A stretch of 56,936 nt of DNA, taken from positions 1 to 56,936 of the forward strand of contig CAZMNX010000003.1 of the NCBI GenBank assembly GCA_964567825.1, read 5' to 3'. Positions 16,073 to 26,900 of the stretch are shown piece after piece. The notes under the pieces were generated by a model. The model made no database searches. It saw only the letters and a list, made by a program, of their open reading frames with translations, and was not told the origin of the DNA. The DNA comes from an uncultured Candidatus Saccharibacteria bacterium. GTDB lineage: Bacteria > Patescibacteriota > Minisyncoccia > Phycocordibacterales > GWA1-40-21. Position 1 is the first letter of the stretch. Each line of letters begins with the position of its first letter. Made by a program: the position numbers and the translations under genes.

Positions 16073-16081
16073 TGATATAAT
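16073..16081 (+). promoter_or_regulatory. extended -10 TGATATAAT, 7 nt before ATG (leaderless-type)
   Basis: TGn + TATAAT, ttaattt, then the ATG at 16089. Confidence 0.5.
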
Positions 16082-16088
16082 TTAATTT

Positions 16089-17189
16089 ATGCTTCTGAAT
16101 AAGTTCTCCGATTTTTATAAAAGATTTGAAAAATATATTTCGGCCGTTGGTTTGATTTACGGTTTTATTTTTACCTCACTCACCTTGACCCGTGTGGATA
16201 TGTGGCTTGAGAATTTTTGGATTGTCGTCCATTTACTTATTGCTGCCTTTGGAATTTTAGCTATTACCTTTTACGAAAATCGAGCCGAAAAAAAGAATGT
16301 TCCAGAGGATGATCTACATAGATTTCATTTTTACTTAACTCTAGTAATTCAGTTTGCCTTCGGCGGTCTGTTCTCAACCTTCTTTGTTTTTTATATGCGC
16401 AGTTCCTCGATAATGGAAAGTTGGTTATTTTTATTGATTCTGATTATTTTACTAATCGGAAACGAACTTTGGAAAAAACACTATACCCGTTTAACTTTTC
16501 AGATTAGTGTTCTTTTCCTTTCATTATATTTATTTTTAGTTTTTCTTTTGCCTGTTATTTTTCATAGACTCGGATCAGACCTTTTCATTGCGGCTGGCTT
16601 AATAAGCTTGGTGGTAGTTTTCATTTTTGTTTTAATCTTGCGAAAATTTGCCAAAGAGAAGTTTAAAAAAAGCCATAATATTTTGTTAATTAGTTTAGGG
16701 TCCATTTTTATGTTAATGAATGTTCTGTATTTTACAAATATTATGCCGCCGATTCCTTTGTCACTTAAAGCCTCCGGCGTTTATCACGGTATCACTCGCA
16801 CCAGCGACGGTAATTATCAGGCGGCCGCCGAACCTTTTATTTGGCAAAATTATTTTAATCCATACCCTAGTTTTCATCGTCAGGTTGGAGAGAGTGTTTA
16901 TGTTTTTAGTTCGATTTTTTCACCAGTTTATTTTGCGACCGAGATCGTTCATCAGTGGCAATATTACGATACAGCCAAGAAGACTTGGGTTGATTCTAAT
17001 CGAATTGTTCTATCAATTATCGGTGGCCGTGATGGCGGTTTTCGAACCTATTCCATTAAAACGGCGGTGCCGGCTGGTTTATGGCGAGTAAAAGTTATGA
17101 CCCCGCGCGGCCAAGTGGTTGGACGAATTAATTTTCGAGTGGAAGAAGCTACCACGACAGCGCCAAATTGGAATCAGATAACACTGTAA
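16089..17189 (+). CDS. polytopic membrane protein with a C-terminal DUF2914-like domain
   Basis: Six to seven TM segments, then a soluble domain ending GLWRVKVMTPRGQVVGRINFRVEE. Confidence 0.65.
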   Translation: MLLNKFSDFYKRFEKYISAVGLIYGFIFTSLTLTRVDMWLENFWIVVHLLIAAFGILAITFYENRAEKKNVPEDDLHRFHFYLTLVIQFAFGGLFSTFFVFYMRSSSIMESWLFLLILIILLIGNELWKKHYTRLTFQISVLFLSLYLFLVFLLPVIFHRLGSDLFIAAGLISLVVVFIFVLILRKFAKEKFKKSHNILLISLGSIFMLMNVLYFTNIMPPIPLSLKASGVYHGITRTSDGNYQAAAEPFIWQNYFNPYPSFHRQVGESVYVFSSIFSPVYFATEIVHQWQYYDTAKKTWVDSNRIVLSIIGGRDGGFRTYSIKTAVPAGLWRVKVMTPRGQVVGRINFRVEEATTTAPNWNQITL

Positions 17190-17228
17190 CCTCCTGGAAC
17201 CTCGGTTAGTTTATGCACAAGGCTAAAT

Positions 17229-17258
17229 TTGACGGCCAGGTCATTTTTCGTGTAGGAT
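17229..17258 (+). promoter_or_regulatory. promoter TTGACG-18-TAGGAT, 9 nt before ATG
   Basis: -35 at 17229-17234 and -10 at 17253-17258. The ATG is at 17268. Confidence 0.4.
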
Positions 17259-17267
17259 CCCGCCGTT

Positions 17268-19949
17268 ATGAGGAAAACAAGAAAATTATTTGCGGTAGTT
17301 TTTTGGGTTATTTTAGGTATAAATATTTTCATTCAGGTGGAAGCCATGATGCTTGCCCCACTATTTAATGTTGAAGTTATTGTAAATAGTGTAGGTGGAG
17401 ATGCCAACTTCGGTTACCGACTCGAGTCACATTCAGCCAACAGCCCCGTAATAAATGACCAGCAAAATTTTTCAGTGATAACTGAATCAGGCGAAGGAAG
17501 TTATTTATCTGGCGTCATTGCTGGAAATGGTGATGATGTTTATTTAACTCAAAATTTACCGCCAGACTGGGAAGTGGTAAGCGTAAACTGCAATAGTTCG
17601 AATCCAGATATTAGCAGTAATATTATTGAAGTTGACAAAATCAAAATTAAGGCCCATCCATATAGTTCAATCACCTGCACTTTCAATAATTCGAAGATTA
17701 TAAAGAAGACCCCGGTAATTATTATTCCCGGTATTTTATCAAGCACTCTGAAACGCAATGACGATTCAAAAACAGAACTTTGGCCGAATATTATTAAAAT
17801 TCTATTTGGCTTACCGGGAGATAAATATCTTGACGAATTAAGTTTGAATCAAATTGGTCAACCAAACCTATCTTACCCCGTTGTTTTGCCAACGGATATC
17901 TTTCGAAAAATTCAAGATAAAGATTTTTTTGATGGACTAGTTAAATTTCTTCAGACTTTAGGCTATGTCGAGGGAAAGGATTTATTTGTTTTTCCATATG
18001 ATTGGCGCTTGGACATTCGTGATTCAGTCGATAATCTGTATTCGCCAATTTTGACAAATCTTAAAGATCGAATTGAGCAAATTCGTACTCAAACTGGCTC
18101 AACTAAAATTGATATTGTCGCTCATAGTATGGGTGGTTTATTAGCAAAATATTATATTAAGCACTATGGAATGGAGAAGGTTGATAAATTTGTCGATATC
18201 GCTACTCCACACTTGGGTGCTCCGAGTGCTTTTAAAACTTTGATGTATGGAGACGATCTGGGAATTAAGTTTGGCTTTCTAGGTTTGAATTCAGCTGAAA
18301 TTAAAAAAATCTCGCAAAATATGATTTCGGCCTATCAGCTTTTGCCGAGTCTGAATTATTTTTCAGCCACCTCGTCTGATTATAGGTATTATGTTTATGA
18401 TCTAGATGATATTGATAAAAATGGTGTGCGCGGCCGTTTAAATTTTGAGCAAACAAGCCAGTTACTTAAGAATACTGGCCGCAATGATTATCTTTTAGAT
18501 ACCGCAACGAATATTCATAGTGATTTGGATTTTATGAATCCAGCAGATTACGGCGCTCTGGCCTATAATATTGTCGGCTGTGGTATTCCGACCATTGGTA
18601 AATTTTTCACACTTGGTTCAAAATATAAAAATCAATACTATGATGTAGCCTATATTTCTGGTGATGGCACAGTTCCTGAAAGAAGCTCGCGAAGCTTTCC
18701 AGCAATTCAAGAGTATCAGGTAACCGGCGTGAATCATTCAGGCTTGCCGAGCTCGGAGGGGGTTAGGGATTTAGTTTCTAAGATCTTGACTAATAGTACC
18801 TCAACTTTTGATTTTATAACTTACGAATATATTTCAACCAGTACACCAGTCTGTAAATTGCCGAACGGGGAATTGCTTAGTTTTCACGGTCCAGTTAAAG
18901 TGAATACATATGACACAAATCAAAATCACGCTGGGCCAATCGAGGGATCCGATGGCTATGAGCAGAATTTACCGGGTGTGACTTATGATTATATTGAGAA
19001 TAATACTTTCGTCTTTCTACCACTTTTACCCCAAAGTAATTCTTATCAAGTGAAAATTGTGGCAAAAAGGCGTGGAAGTGCTAGTGTGCATGTTAAAAAG
19101 ATTCAAGATAATAAAGTTACTCAAACCGAATATTTTGCAGATATTCCACTTTCGTCAGCCAGTACGACTTTGAATCTGGAGAATCAGAATAATGGATCAG
19201 TGATAAATATTGATCAAAGTGGCGATGGTATTAATGTTGAAACAATTACACCGTCCTCAACTTTAAATGGCGATTCACTTGAAGATCTGGAACCGCCGGT
19301 AACTACGATTCATCTTGAGCAGGCGACGACGACCGCGACAACTACTGTAACTTTTACTACAGATGGTGATGACACTCTCAAAACTGATTACTCCACTGAT
19401 GGAGGCGAGACCTACCATCAGGCTACTTCAACCGTTGAATTTTCTGAGGTGGGAACCACGACAATTATTTATCAATCTACCGATACGGCTGGCAATATTG
19501 AAAATCCACAATCGGTTGATATCTTTATTTCTGAGCCAGTATCAACTTCTACCACTATTACATCTATCGAAGTAGGAACTTCAACCGCAATGACCGCCAA
19601 ATATGAGTCACCGTCCACACCGGGACATACTCGTCATGTTGATAATAAAATTTCAATGATTGGTATGCCAATTTATACCAACCTAATAAATAATAGTGAA
19701 GTTCCGCCACCTGATTTTAGCAAGGAAGTTGTTACTGAGATCTTAACTCAAACCACCGCTTTAGATAATAAAAAGGAAGAAAGTGTCCCAGGTAACAGTT
19801 CGTCAACCGAGATTATACCTATTAGTCAATATTATGCTTCGGCCGCCGCTTCGACTTCTAGGCTAAATGATTTTATCTGGCTGATTTTAATTCTCCTTCT
19901 CCTACTATGGTTGCTATTATTCCTAGGCAAAAAATCATTAAAGCGATAA
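17268..19949 (+). CDS. secreted, C-terminally anchored LCAT-like alpha/beta-hydrolase (lipase/acyltransferase)
   Basis: Signal/TM at the N-terminus. FPYDWRLD (LCAT family hallmark) and nucleophile elbow AHSMGG. The C-terminal half is beta-rich with T-rich linkers, ending in a TM anchor WLILILLLLLWLLLFLG. Confidence 0.75.
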   Translation: MRKTRKLFAVVFWVILGINIFIQVEAMMLAPLFNVEVIVNSVGGDANFGYRLESHSANSPVINDQQNFSVITESGEGSYLSGVIAGNGDDVYLTQNLPPDWEVVSVNCNSSNPDISSNIIEVDKIKIKAHPYSSITCTFNNSKIIKKTPVIIIPGILSSTLKRNDDSKTELWPNIIKILFGLPGDKYLDELSLNQIGQPNLSYPVVLPTDIFRKIQDKDFFDGLVKFLQTLGYVEGKDLFVFPYDWRLDIRDSVDNLYSPILTNLKDRIEQIRTQTGSTKIDIVAHSMGGLLAKYYIKHYGMEKVDKFVDIATPHLGAPSAFKTLMYGDDLGIKFGFLGLNSAEIKKISQNMISAYQLLPSLNYFSATSSDYRYYVYDLDDIDKNGVRGRLNFEQTSQLLKNTGRNDYLLDTATNIHSDLDFMNPADYGALAYNIVGCGIPTIGKFFTLGSKYKNQYYDVAYISGDGTVPERSSRSFPAIQEYQVTGVNHSGLPSSEGVRDLVSKILTNSTSTFDFITYEYISTSTPVCKLPNGELLSFHGPVKVNTYDTNQNHAGPIEGSDGYEQNLPGVTYDYIENNTFVFLPLLPQSNSYQVKIVAKRRGSASVHVKKIQDNKVTQTEYFADIPLSSASTTLNLENQNNGSVINIDQSGDGINVETITPSSTLNGDSLEDLEPPVTTIHLEQATTTATTTVTFTTDGDDTLKTDYSTDGGETYHQATSTVEFSEVGTTTIIYQSTDTAGNIENPQSVDIFISEPVSTSTTITSIEVGTSTAMTAKYESPSTPGHTRHVDNKISMIGMPIYTNLINNSEVPPPDFSKEVVTEILTQTTALDNKKEESVPGNSSSTEIIPISQYYASAAASTSRLNDFIWLILILLLLLWLLLFLGKKSLKR

Positions 19950-19958
19950 AATAAAAGG

Positions 19959-20087
19959 ATGAAAAGAAAGGATAAGATACTAATGATTGTTTGCGTGGTT
20001 TTGATAGTTTTGATTGCAATATTATATTTTAGCCTCGACCAAATTTTAAGTTATATGGTTAGTACTATGGATATTCATTTGCCTTAG
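19959..20087 (+). CDS. possible 42-aa single-TM peptide
   Basis: MKRKDKILMIVCVVLIVLIAILYFSLDQ.... It is too short to support beyond the hydrophobic core. Confidence 0.2.
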   Translation: MKRKDKILMIVCVVLIVLIAILYFSLDQILSYMVSTMDIHLP

Positions 20088-20101
20088 AACAAAAAACGGG
20101 C

Positions 20102-20147
20102 AAAACAAAACCGCCTCTCGCAATAAAGCGGGAAGCGGTTTTGTTTT
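20102..20147. terminator. bidirectional intrinsic terminator
   Basis: 13-bp stem AAAACAAAACCGC/GCGGTTTTGTTTT with T-runs on both strands. It lies between the convergent lipase locus and csp. Confidence 0.6.
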
Positions 20148-20150
20148 TGA

Positions 20151-20348
20151 TTATGCTCGAGCGACGTTTACGGCTGCTGGACCCTTTGGAGTCTCTTCAG
20201 TCTCAAACGAAACGGCATCACCTTCGTGGAGTTCCGCGAAAGATACACCAACTAGAGAATTGCTGTGGAAGAATAAATCCTTCGCTAAGCCTTCTGCAGT
20301 GATGAAACCAAAACCCTTGTCAGTTAACTTTTTGATAGTTCCTGTCAT
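20151..20348 (-). CDS. cspA: cold-shock protein (CspA family)
   Basis: KGFGFI (RNP1) and a 65-aa CSD. Confidence 0.9.
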   Translation of the reverse strand: MTGTIKKLTDKGFGFITAEGLAKDLFFHSNSLVGVSFAELHEGDAVSFETEETPKGPAAVNVARA

Positions 20349-20446
20349 GTTTTTAATTTTTAACGATTACTAAATTACAAATGAACGATATGTTTGAGAA
20401 AATGACTACTTTTTTCGAAGCACAACTTCTTTTTGTACTGTTGGGA

Positions 20447-20475
20447 AGTATACACCCAAACATCTTTTTTGTCAA
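20447..20475 (-). promoter_or_regulatory. promoter TTGACA-17-TATACT for csp
   Basis: The reverse strand reads TTGACAaaaaagatgtttgggtgTATACT. The 5' UTR is about 90 nt, as is usual for csp genes. Confidence 0.6.
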
Positions 20476-20484
20476 GTGTATAGG

Positions 20485-20493
20485 TGTGGATAA
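20485..20493 (-). promoter_or_regulatory. perfect DnaA-box consensus, 9 nt upstream of the csp -35
   Basis: Exact TGTGGATAA on the plus strand, between the divergent csp and rpoB promoters. Confidence 0.45.
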
Positions 20494-20498
20494 CCCAG

Positions 20499-20527
20499 TT
20501 GACAGTTGGCCTATATTCATATACGAT
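20499..20527 (+). promoter_or_regulatory. candidate promoter TTGACA-17-TACGAT for rpoBC
   Basis: -35 at 20499-20504 and -10 at 20522-20527. The AT-rich leader is about 155 nt without an SD. Confidence 0.4.
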
Positions 20528-20688
20528 AACCGCACATTAGCAAGATTGAGTTCCGGGGGAAACATAGGAGAATTTATAAATTTCGCTTGCTTACCATAAG
20601 AAAAAGATAAATTTTATCATTTTAAAGAACGCCTAAGTCGGACAGGTGTCCTTTTTGTTTTGTCAGCAATTTAATTAATAATTTTATT

Positions 20689-23600
20689 ATGAAAACCACC
20701 ACCAAAAGAGAGAAAAAGTATTTCGGAAAGTTTAAGGCCCCCCTTATTTCAACTCCGAACATGGTCTCGCATCAGACCGAATCATTTAAGTGGCTTTTGG
20801 AAAAAGGTTTGGCCGAGGTTTTTAAGGAATTTTCACCAATTCGCGACTATGCGGAGAAAAAATTTGAATTATCTTTTTCGGCTTTTGAGATCTCTAAGCC
20901 AAAATATAATGAGCATTATGCCAAAGACAATAAAATGTCTTACGAGGGTCAGCTAAAGGCCCGAGTAAAATTAAAGAATAAATTACTTTCTTCCGAGAAA
21001 GAGCAAGAAATATTCCTAACGGATATTCCTTTAATGACTGATCACGGTACTTTTGTGATCAACGGTATTGAAAGAGTCATTGTTCCGCAATTGGCCCGCT
21101 CCTTCGGTATGTTCTTCACGGCCAATGAAATTAAAGGTAAGCGTTACTTTGGTGCCAAAATAATTCCTTCTCGCGGTGCCTGGATTGAAATTGAGTCCGA
21201 TGCCGACGATTTGATTTACGTTAAGATTGATAAAAAGCGAAAGTTTTCTGTTACCTCATTGCTTCGAGTTTTGGGAGCAACTGATAAACAAATTAGTGAG
21301 CAATATAAAGGTAATGAACTAGCCCAGAAGGCTATGGAATTAAACTTGGCCAAGGATCATGCCAAAACCGTTGACGATTCCTATATCGAAATTCATAAAA
21401 GATTGAGAGATGGAGATTTGGCCACCGCCGAGAATGCTCGAGAATTTATAAATGGTATTTTCAGCGCTGATCGTTATGACATTTCTAAAGTTGGACGTTT
21501 CCGTTTTAATAAACGCTTTAGCAAGAGTATGGATGAGAAAGAGCTCGATCGAAAGACCATAAATCTTGAGGACGTTTTTACTATTATTGATAAAGTAATT
21601 TCTTTGAATCACACCGAGGATGCGGTTGAAGATGATATTGATCATCTTGGTTCTCGCCGCGTTCGCTTCGTCGGTGAATTGTTCCAGGCCAAGATTCGAA
21701 TTGGTATGTCTCAAATGAAGAGAAATATTCAGGATCGTATGTCAACCGTTGATCCCGATATTACTATGCCGGTGCAATTTATTTCACCTCGACCATTACA
21801 GGCCAGAATAAAAGAATTCTTTACCACCAACCAATTGTCTCAATTCATGCAACAGGAAAATATTTTGCAAGAAATTGAACACTTAAGAACTTTGTCAGCT
21901 CTTGGACCCGGCGGTTTGACTCGTGAACGAGCCGGCTTTGAAGTTCGTGACGTGCATCCATCTCACTATGGCCGTGTTTGTCCGATCCATACGCCAGAAG
22001 GACCAAACATCGGTTTGATTTTGCGCTTGTCTGTTTATGCCAAGGTCAATGATTTTGGTATGATCGAAACACCTTACGCTAAAGTTAAAAATGGTGTGGT
22101 TACGGCTGAGGTTAAATATTTGAATGCGCTCGAAGAAGAAAACTTTAAGATCGCTCATGCCGCTACTCGTATTGATGATAATAATAAAATCATTGATGAA
22201 GAAGTGGAGGTTCGTGTGAACGGTGTTCCAACTATCGTCGCTAGCGATGATGTGGACTTTATGGACGTCTCTACTAATCAGGCCTTCTCGATTGCGACTT
22301 CCATGATTCCATTCTTGAATCACGATGATGCGAACCGCGCTTTGATGGGTTCGAACATGCAGAAGCAAGCGGTGCCTTGTTTGAGACCAGAAGCTCCACT
22401 CGTGGCTACTGGTATTGAGGAAGAGGCCGCACGTTATACCGGTCGCTTAATTTATTCTGAAGAGGATGGCGAAATTACTTATGTTGATTCCAAGAAAATT
22501 GTTGTTGAGAATAATAAGGGTAAAGAAAAAGAATATAATCTAGTTCAGTTTTCACGTACTAACAGCTTTACTATTTTCCACCAACGACCAGTTGTTTCTC
22601 ACGGTCAGAAGGTTAAAAAGGGCGAACTATTAGCCGATACTTCTTCGTCAGATAAGGGCCAAACTGCGATCGGTCAAAATATTTTGATCGCTTTCATGTC
22701 TTGGTCTGGTTCTAACTATGAAGATGCGATTATTCTTTCCGAAAGATTAGTTAAGGATAGTAAATTTACCTCGATCCACATTGAGGAATTCGTCGTGAAC
22801 GTTCGTGACACCAAACTTGGACCAGAAGTTACTACTCATGATATTCCAAACGTTGGTGAGGCAAAACTAAAAAATCTTGATGAAGATGGAATTATTCGTG
22901 TTGGGGCCGAGGTTCGACCAGGCGATATTATCGTCGGTAAGATTACACCAAAGGGTGAAACTCAATTAACACCAGAAGAAAGATTACTCCGTTCAATTTT
23001 TGGTGAAAAAGCTCGAGACGTTAAAGACACTTCAAAACGATTAGAGGGTGGAAAGAAAGGTAAGGTGGTTTCAGTTAAGGTCTTTTCACGAGAAAAAGGT
23101 GATAAGTTAGAGAGTGGTATTATCAAGAGAATTCATATCGAAATCGCTGAGTTAAGAAGTATCTCAGTTGGAGATAAGCTTTCTGGTAGACACGGAAACA
23201 AAGGAGTTATTTCAAAAATCTTACCGGAAGAAGATATGCCATATATGCCAGATGGTCGCCCAGTGGATTTGATTTTGACTCCACTTGGTGTGCCTTCACG
23301 TATGAACCTCGGACAGATTTTGGAATTGCACCTAGGTCTTGCTGCGAATACCTTGAACTATCAAGCGATTGTTCCACCATTTGCTGGTGCGACCGATGCT
23401 GAGATTAAAGCTGAATTAGTTAAGGCTGGCTTTAAGGAAAGTGGAAAGATGAAATTGTGTGATGGTAGAACTGGTGAAAAGTTCCAGCAAGAAGTGGCCG
23501 TTGGTTATATGTATATCTTGAAACTGCACCATGAAGTGGAAGACAAGATTCACATGCGTTCAATCGGACCTTACTCACTTATTACTCAACAGCCTTTGGG

Positions 23601-23880
23601 AGGACGAGCTCAAGGTGGAGGTCAGAGATTTGGAGAAATGGAAGTCTGGGCCTTGCTTGGTCACGGTGCGGCTTATACTTTGCGTGAAATGCTGACAATT
23701 AAGTCAGACGATATTGTCGGCCGTTCCGCTGCCTTCGATTCGATTGTGAAAGGTGAGCGCATCAAACAACCAAACATTCCAGCGTCGTTTAACGTCTTGC
23801 TTAATAACTTAAGAGGTCTTGGTTTAGATGTCGAACTCTTAAAGGATAAAAAGATTATTGATGAGCGCGATGCTAAATAA
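20689..23880 (+). CDS. rpoB: DNA-directed RNA polymerase beta subunit
   Basis: 1063 aa with canonical beta motifs (GRHGNKGVISKI, QRFGEMEVWAL). Confidence 0.97.
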   Translation: MKTTTKREKKYFGKFKAPLISTPNMVSHQTESFKWLLEKGLAEVFKEFSPIRDYAEKKFELSFSAFEISKPKYNEHYAKDNKMSYEGQLKARVKLKNKLLSSEKEQEIFLTDIPLMTDHGTFVINGIERVIVPQLARSFGMFFTANEIKGKRYFGAKIIPSRGAWIEIESDADDLIYVKIDKKRKFSVTSLLRVLGATDKQISEQYKGNELAQKAMELNLAKDHAKTVDDSYIEIHKRLRDGDLATAENAREFINGIFSADRYDISKVGRFRFNKRFSKSMDEKELDRKTINLEDVFTIIDKVISLNHTEDAVEDDIDHLGSRRVRFVGELFQAKIRIGMSQMKRNIQDRMSTVDPDITMPVQFISPRPLQARIKEFFTTNQLSQFMQQENILQEIEHLRTLSALGPGGLTRERAGFEVRDVHPSHYGRVCPIHTPEGPNIGLILRLSVYAKVNDFGMIETPYAKVKNGVVTAEVKYLNALEEENFKIAHAATRIDDNNKIIDEEVEVRVNGVPTIVASDDVDFMDVSTNQAFSIATSMIPFLNHDDANRALMGSNMQKQAVPCLRPEAPLVATGIEEEAARYTGRLIYSEEDGEITYVDSKKIVVENNKGKEKEYNLVQFSRTNSFTIFHQRPVVSHGQKVKKGELLADTSSSDKGQTAIGQNILIAFMSWSGSNYEDAIILSERLVKDSKFTSIHIEEFVVNVRDTKLGPEVTTHDIPNVGEAKLKNLDEDGIIRVGAEVRPGDIIVGKITPKGETQLTPEERLLRSIFGEKARDVKDTSKRLEGGKKGKVVSVKVFSREKGDKLESGIIKRIHIEIAELRSISVGDKLSGRHGNKGVISKILPEEDMPYMPDGRPVDLILTPLGVPSRMNLGQILELHLGLAANTLNYQAIVPPFAGATDAEIKAELVKAGFKESGKMKLCDGRTGEKFQQEVAVGYMYILKLHHEVEDKIHMRSIGPYSLITQQPLGGRAQGGGQRFGEMEVWALLGHGAAYTLREMLTIKSDDIVGRSAAFDSIVKGERIKQPNIPASFNVLLNNLRGLGLDVELLKDKKIIDERDAK

Positions 23881-23910
23881 TAATCAAAATCATTAATTTA
23901 AACTAAATAT

Positions 23911-26900
23911 ATGAATAACAAAAACAAAAACACCGAATTCAATGATTTTGATGCCGTCTCGCTAAAGGTAGCGTCACCAGAAGTGATCAAAGGTTGGTCT
24001 TATGGTGAAGTCACTCGACCAGAGACTATTAACTATCGAACTCAACGTTCAGAAAAGAGCGGTCTATTCGATGAAAAGATTTTCGGACCAGATAAAGATT
24101 ACGAATGTTACTGCGGTAAATACAAGGGTATTCGTTATAAAGGAATTGTTTGTGAAAAATGTGGCGTCGAAATCACTCGTTCAATTGTCCGTCGTGAAAG
24201 AATGGGCCATATTGAATTAGCTTCACCCGTTTCTCACATTTGGTTCTTACGCGGTATTCCATCTAAAATTGGAACTCTTTTGGGTATGACGACCGGTGAT
24301 TTGGAGAAGGTAATTTATTTTGCCGGTTACATTATCACCGTAACTCATGAAGCTGAACGTGAAAGAATTTTGCATGATATTGATAATGAATTTAAGCAAA
24401 AAGTTAAAGCGGTTCAAGATGAGAAAACCAAGGAAGCGCTAAAAGAACTTTTGATTAATGCTAAGAAGGAAGTTGAAGGTATCAGAGAAGGAGTGGTGAT
24501 CGATGAGGTCTTGTATCATAAGTATTCCATGAAATATGGTTCCTTATTTGAGGCTTCAATCGGGGCTGAGGCGATTTACGATATTTTGAAGAATGTAAAG
24601 TTGCCTGATCTTGAGAAAAAGTTGGTAGCGGAACTTGATAAATCTGGTTCTCTAGAACGAGAAAAATTAAACAAGCGTTTATCTTTGGTTCGTTCAATGG
24701 CGGAAGCTAATTTACGACCAGAATGGATGTTCCTGACAAGGATTCCCGTTATTCCACCAGCACTTCGCCCAATGGTGCCACTAGATGGTGGACGCTACGC
24801 GACTTCTGATGTAAACGATTTGTATCGCCGCGTTATTAATCGTAACAACCGCCTTCTGAAATTAAAAGAAATCAAGGCGCCGGAAGTTATTTTGCGAAAC
24901 GAGAAAAGAATCTTGCAGGAAGCGGTTGACTCTTTGATTGATAACTCAATTCGTAGTGGAAACGATGCCTTCTCGGCTGTTGGTAACTCTCAGAAGCGCG
25001 CTCTCAAATCTCTCGCTGATAACTTGAAAGGTAAGCGTGGTTTGTTCCGCGCCAATCTTCTTGGTAAGCGTGTGGACTATTCTGGCCGTTCCGTTATCGT
25101 TGTTGGTCCAGAATTAAAATTGAACCAATGCGGTTTGCCAAAGCATATGGCTTTGGAACTTTTCCGTCCTTTCGTTATTTCTGAACTTTTGAAAAAAGAA
25201 CTAGCTTTCAACATTCGTGGTGCTGGTCGTCTTATCGACGATGGTATTCCAGAGGTGTGGGCGATTCTTGAAGAAGTGATTGAAAATAAATATGTTTTGT
25301 TAAACCGTGCACCAACTTTGCACCGCCTAGGTATTCAAGCCTTCAAACCAGTTTTGATTGAGGGTAGTGCGATCCAGGTTCACCCACTCGTTTGTACCGC
25401 TTTCAACGCGGACTTCGATGGAGACCAGATGGCCGTTCACGTTCCACTCGGTGAGGAGGCCCAGATCGAGGCTCATGAAATCATGGCTTCCGACAAAAAC
25501 ATTCTCAAGCCAGGAAATGGTGAATTGACTGTGTCGGCAAAACTTTTGGACATCGTGCTCGGTTGTTACTGGATGACTAAAGAAGTTAAGGGCGAGCCTG
25601 GCGAAGGAAAATATTTCTCCTCACCAAATAGCGCCATTACCACTTTTGATTTTGGTGGAATTTCTATTCGCGCCAAAATTCATGTTCTTGGTACTGGTAA
25701 GCCACGTTACGCTCAATTCGGTGATAAACCATTTGAAACTACCGTTGGTAGAATTCTATTCAACAGCACCTTACCAACCGACTATCCATTCGTGAATAAA
25801 GAAATCACCAAGAAAACTTTATCAGCGATTTTGGACGATTTGATTAACAAGTACGGCATTACTAATATTCCAAAGGTTTTGGATAAGATTAAGGCTTTCG
25901 GTTTCAAGTATTCAACCTATTCTGGTGTAACTTGGGGTATTGATGACTTAAACATTCCTGAGGAAAAGCCAGTGGTTATTGCTGAAGCTAAAAAGAAATC
26001 AGTTGAAGTTCTAAATTATTTCAACGAGGGACTCTTAACTGATGAAGAAAAATTACGAAAAAATATTGAAATTTGGCACGGTGCTAAGAGCGAACTTGAA
26101 AAGTTGATCCCTAAAGCTTTGGATCCAAATGGTTCGGTTTCCGACATGTGGATTTCTGGAGCCCGCGGTTCGCTTGGTTCGATTACTCAGATGGCTGGTA
26201 TGAAAGGTTTGATTCAAAACACCGCCGGTGAGACTATCGAATTCCCAGTTATTGGTTCGATGAAGGAAGGTTTGACTCCAATTGAATACTTCATTACTAC
26301 TCACGGTTCACGTAAGGGTTTGACGGATACCGCCTTGAACACTGCTAAAGCCGGATACTTAACTCGTCGTTTGTTTGACGTGGCTCAGGATATTATTATC
26401 ACTGAGGAAGATTGTAAAACTAAAGAAAGTATCTGTATCAAGAACAATGGAGTCTTTGAGTCAGGAGTTTCAGTTTCGAAACATATTCGCGGTAGAACTT
26501 TGGCCGCTGATGTGGTTGATAAAAAAGGTAAAGTGATTTTCGAAAAGGGTCATCTCTTGAAAAAAGATGAAGCTCAGCAAGTGGAACAAGAAGGTTCGGG
26601 CGAAGTTTTTGTTCGTTCACCTCTAACTTGTAAAACTGTTCACGGTGTTTGCGCTAAGTGTTACGGTTCGGATCTTGGTCGCGGGGAATTAATCGGTTTA
26701 GGTGAAGCGGTTGGTACCGTGGCGGCTCAAGCGATCGGTGAACCAGGAACCCAGCTGACGATGCGTACTTTCCACTCTGGAGGTACCGCCTCAGTCGGTG
26801 GAGATATTACTCAAGGTTTGCCTCGTGTGGAAGAAGTCTTTGAAAAACGAAAACCAAAGAGCCCAGCGGTGGTAAACAAAGCTGATGGCGTGGTGACTGG

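Noticed and set aside
20353-20599. Two ORFs of about 70 aa in the csp-rpoB intergenic region.
   Set aside because: The region is better explained by divergent promoters and a long csp 5' UTR. The ORFs overlap each other on opposite strands and have no start context.
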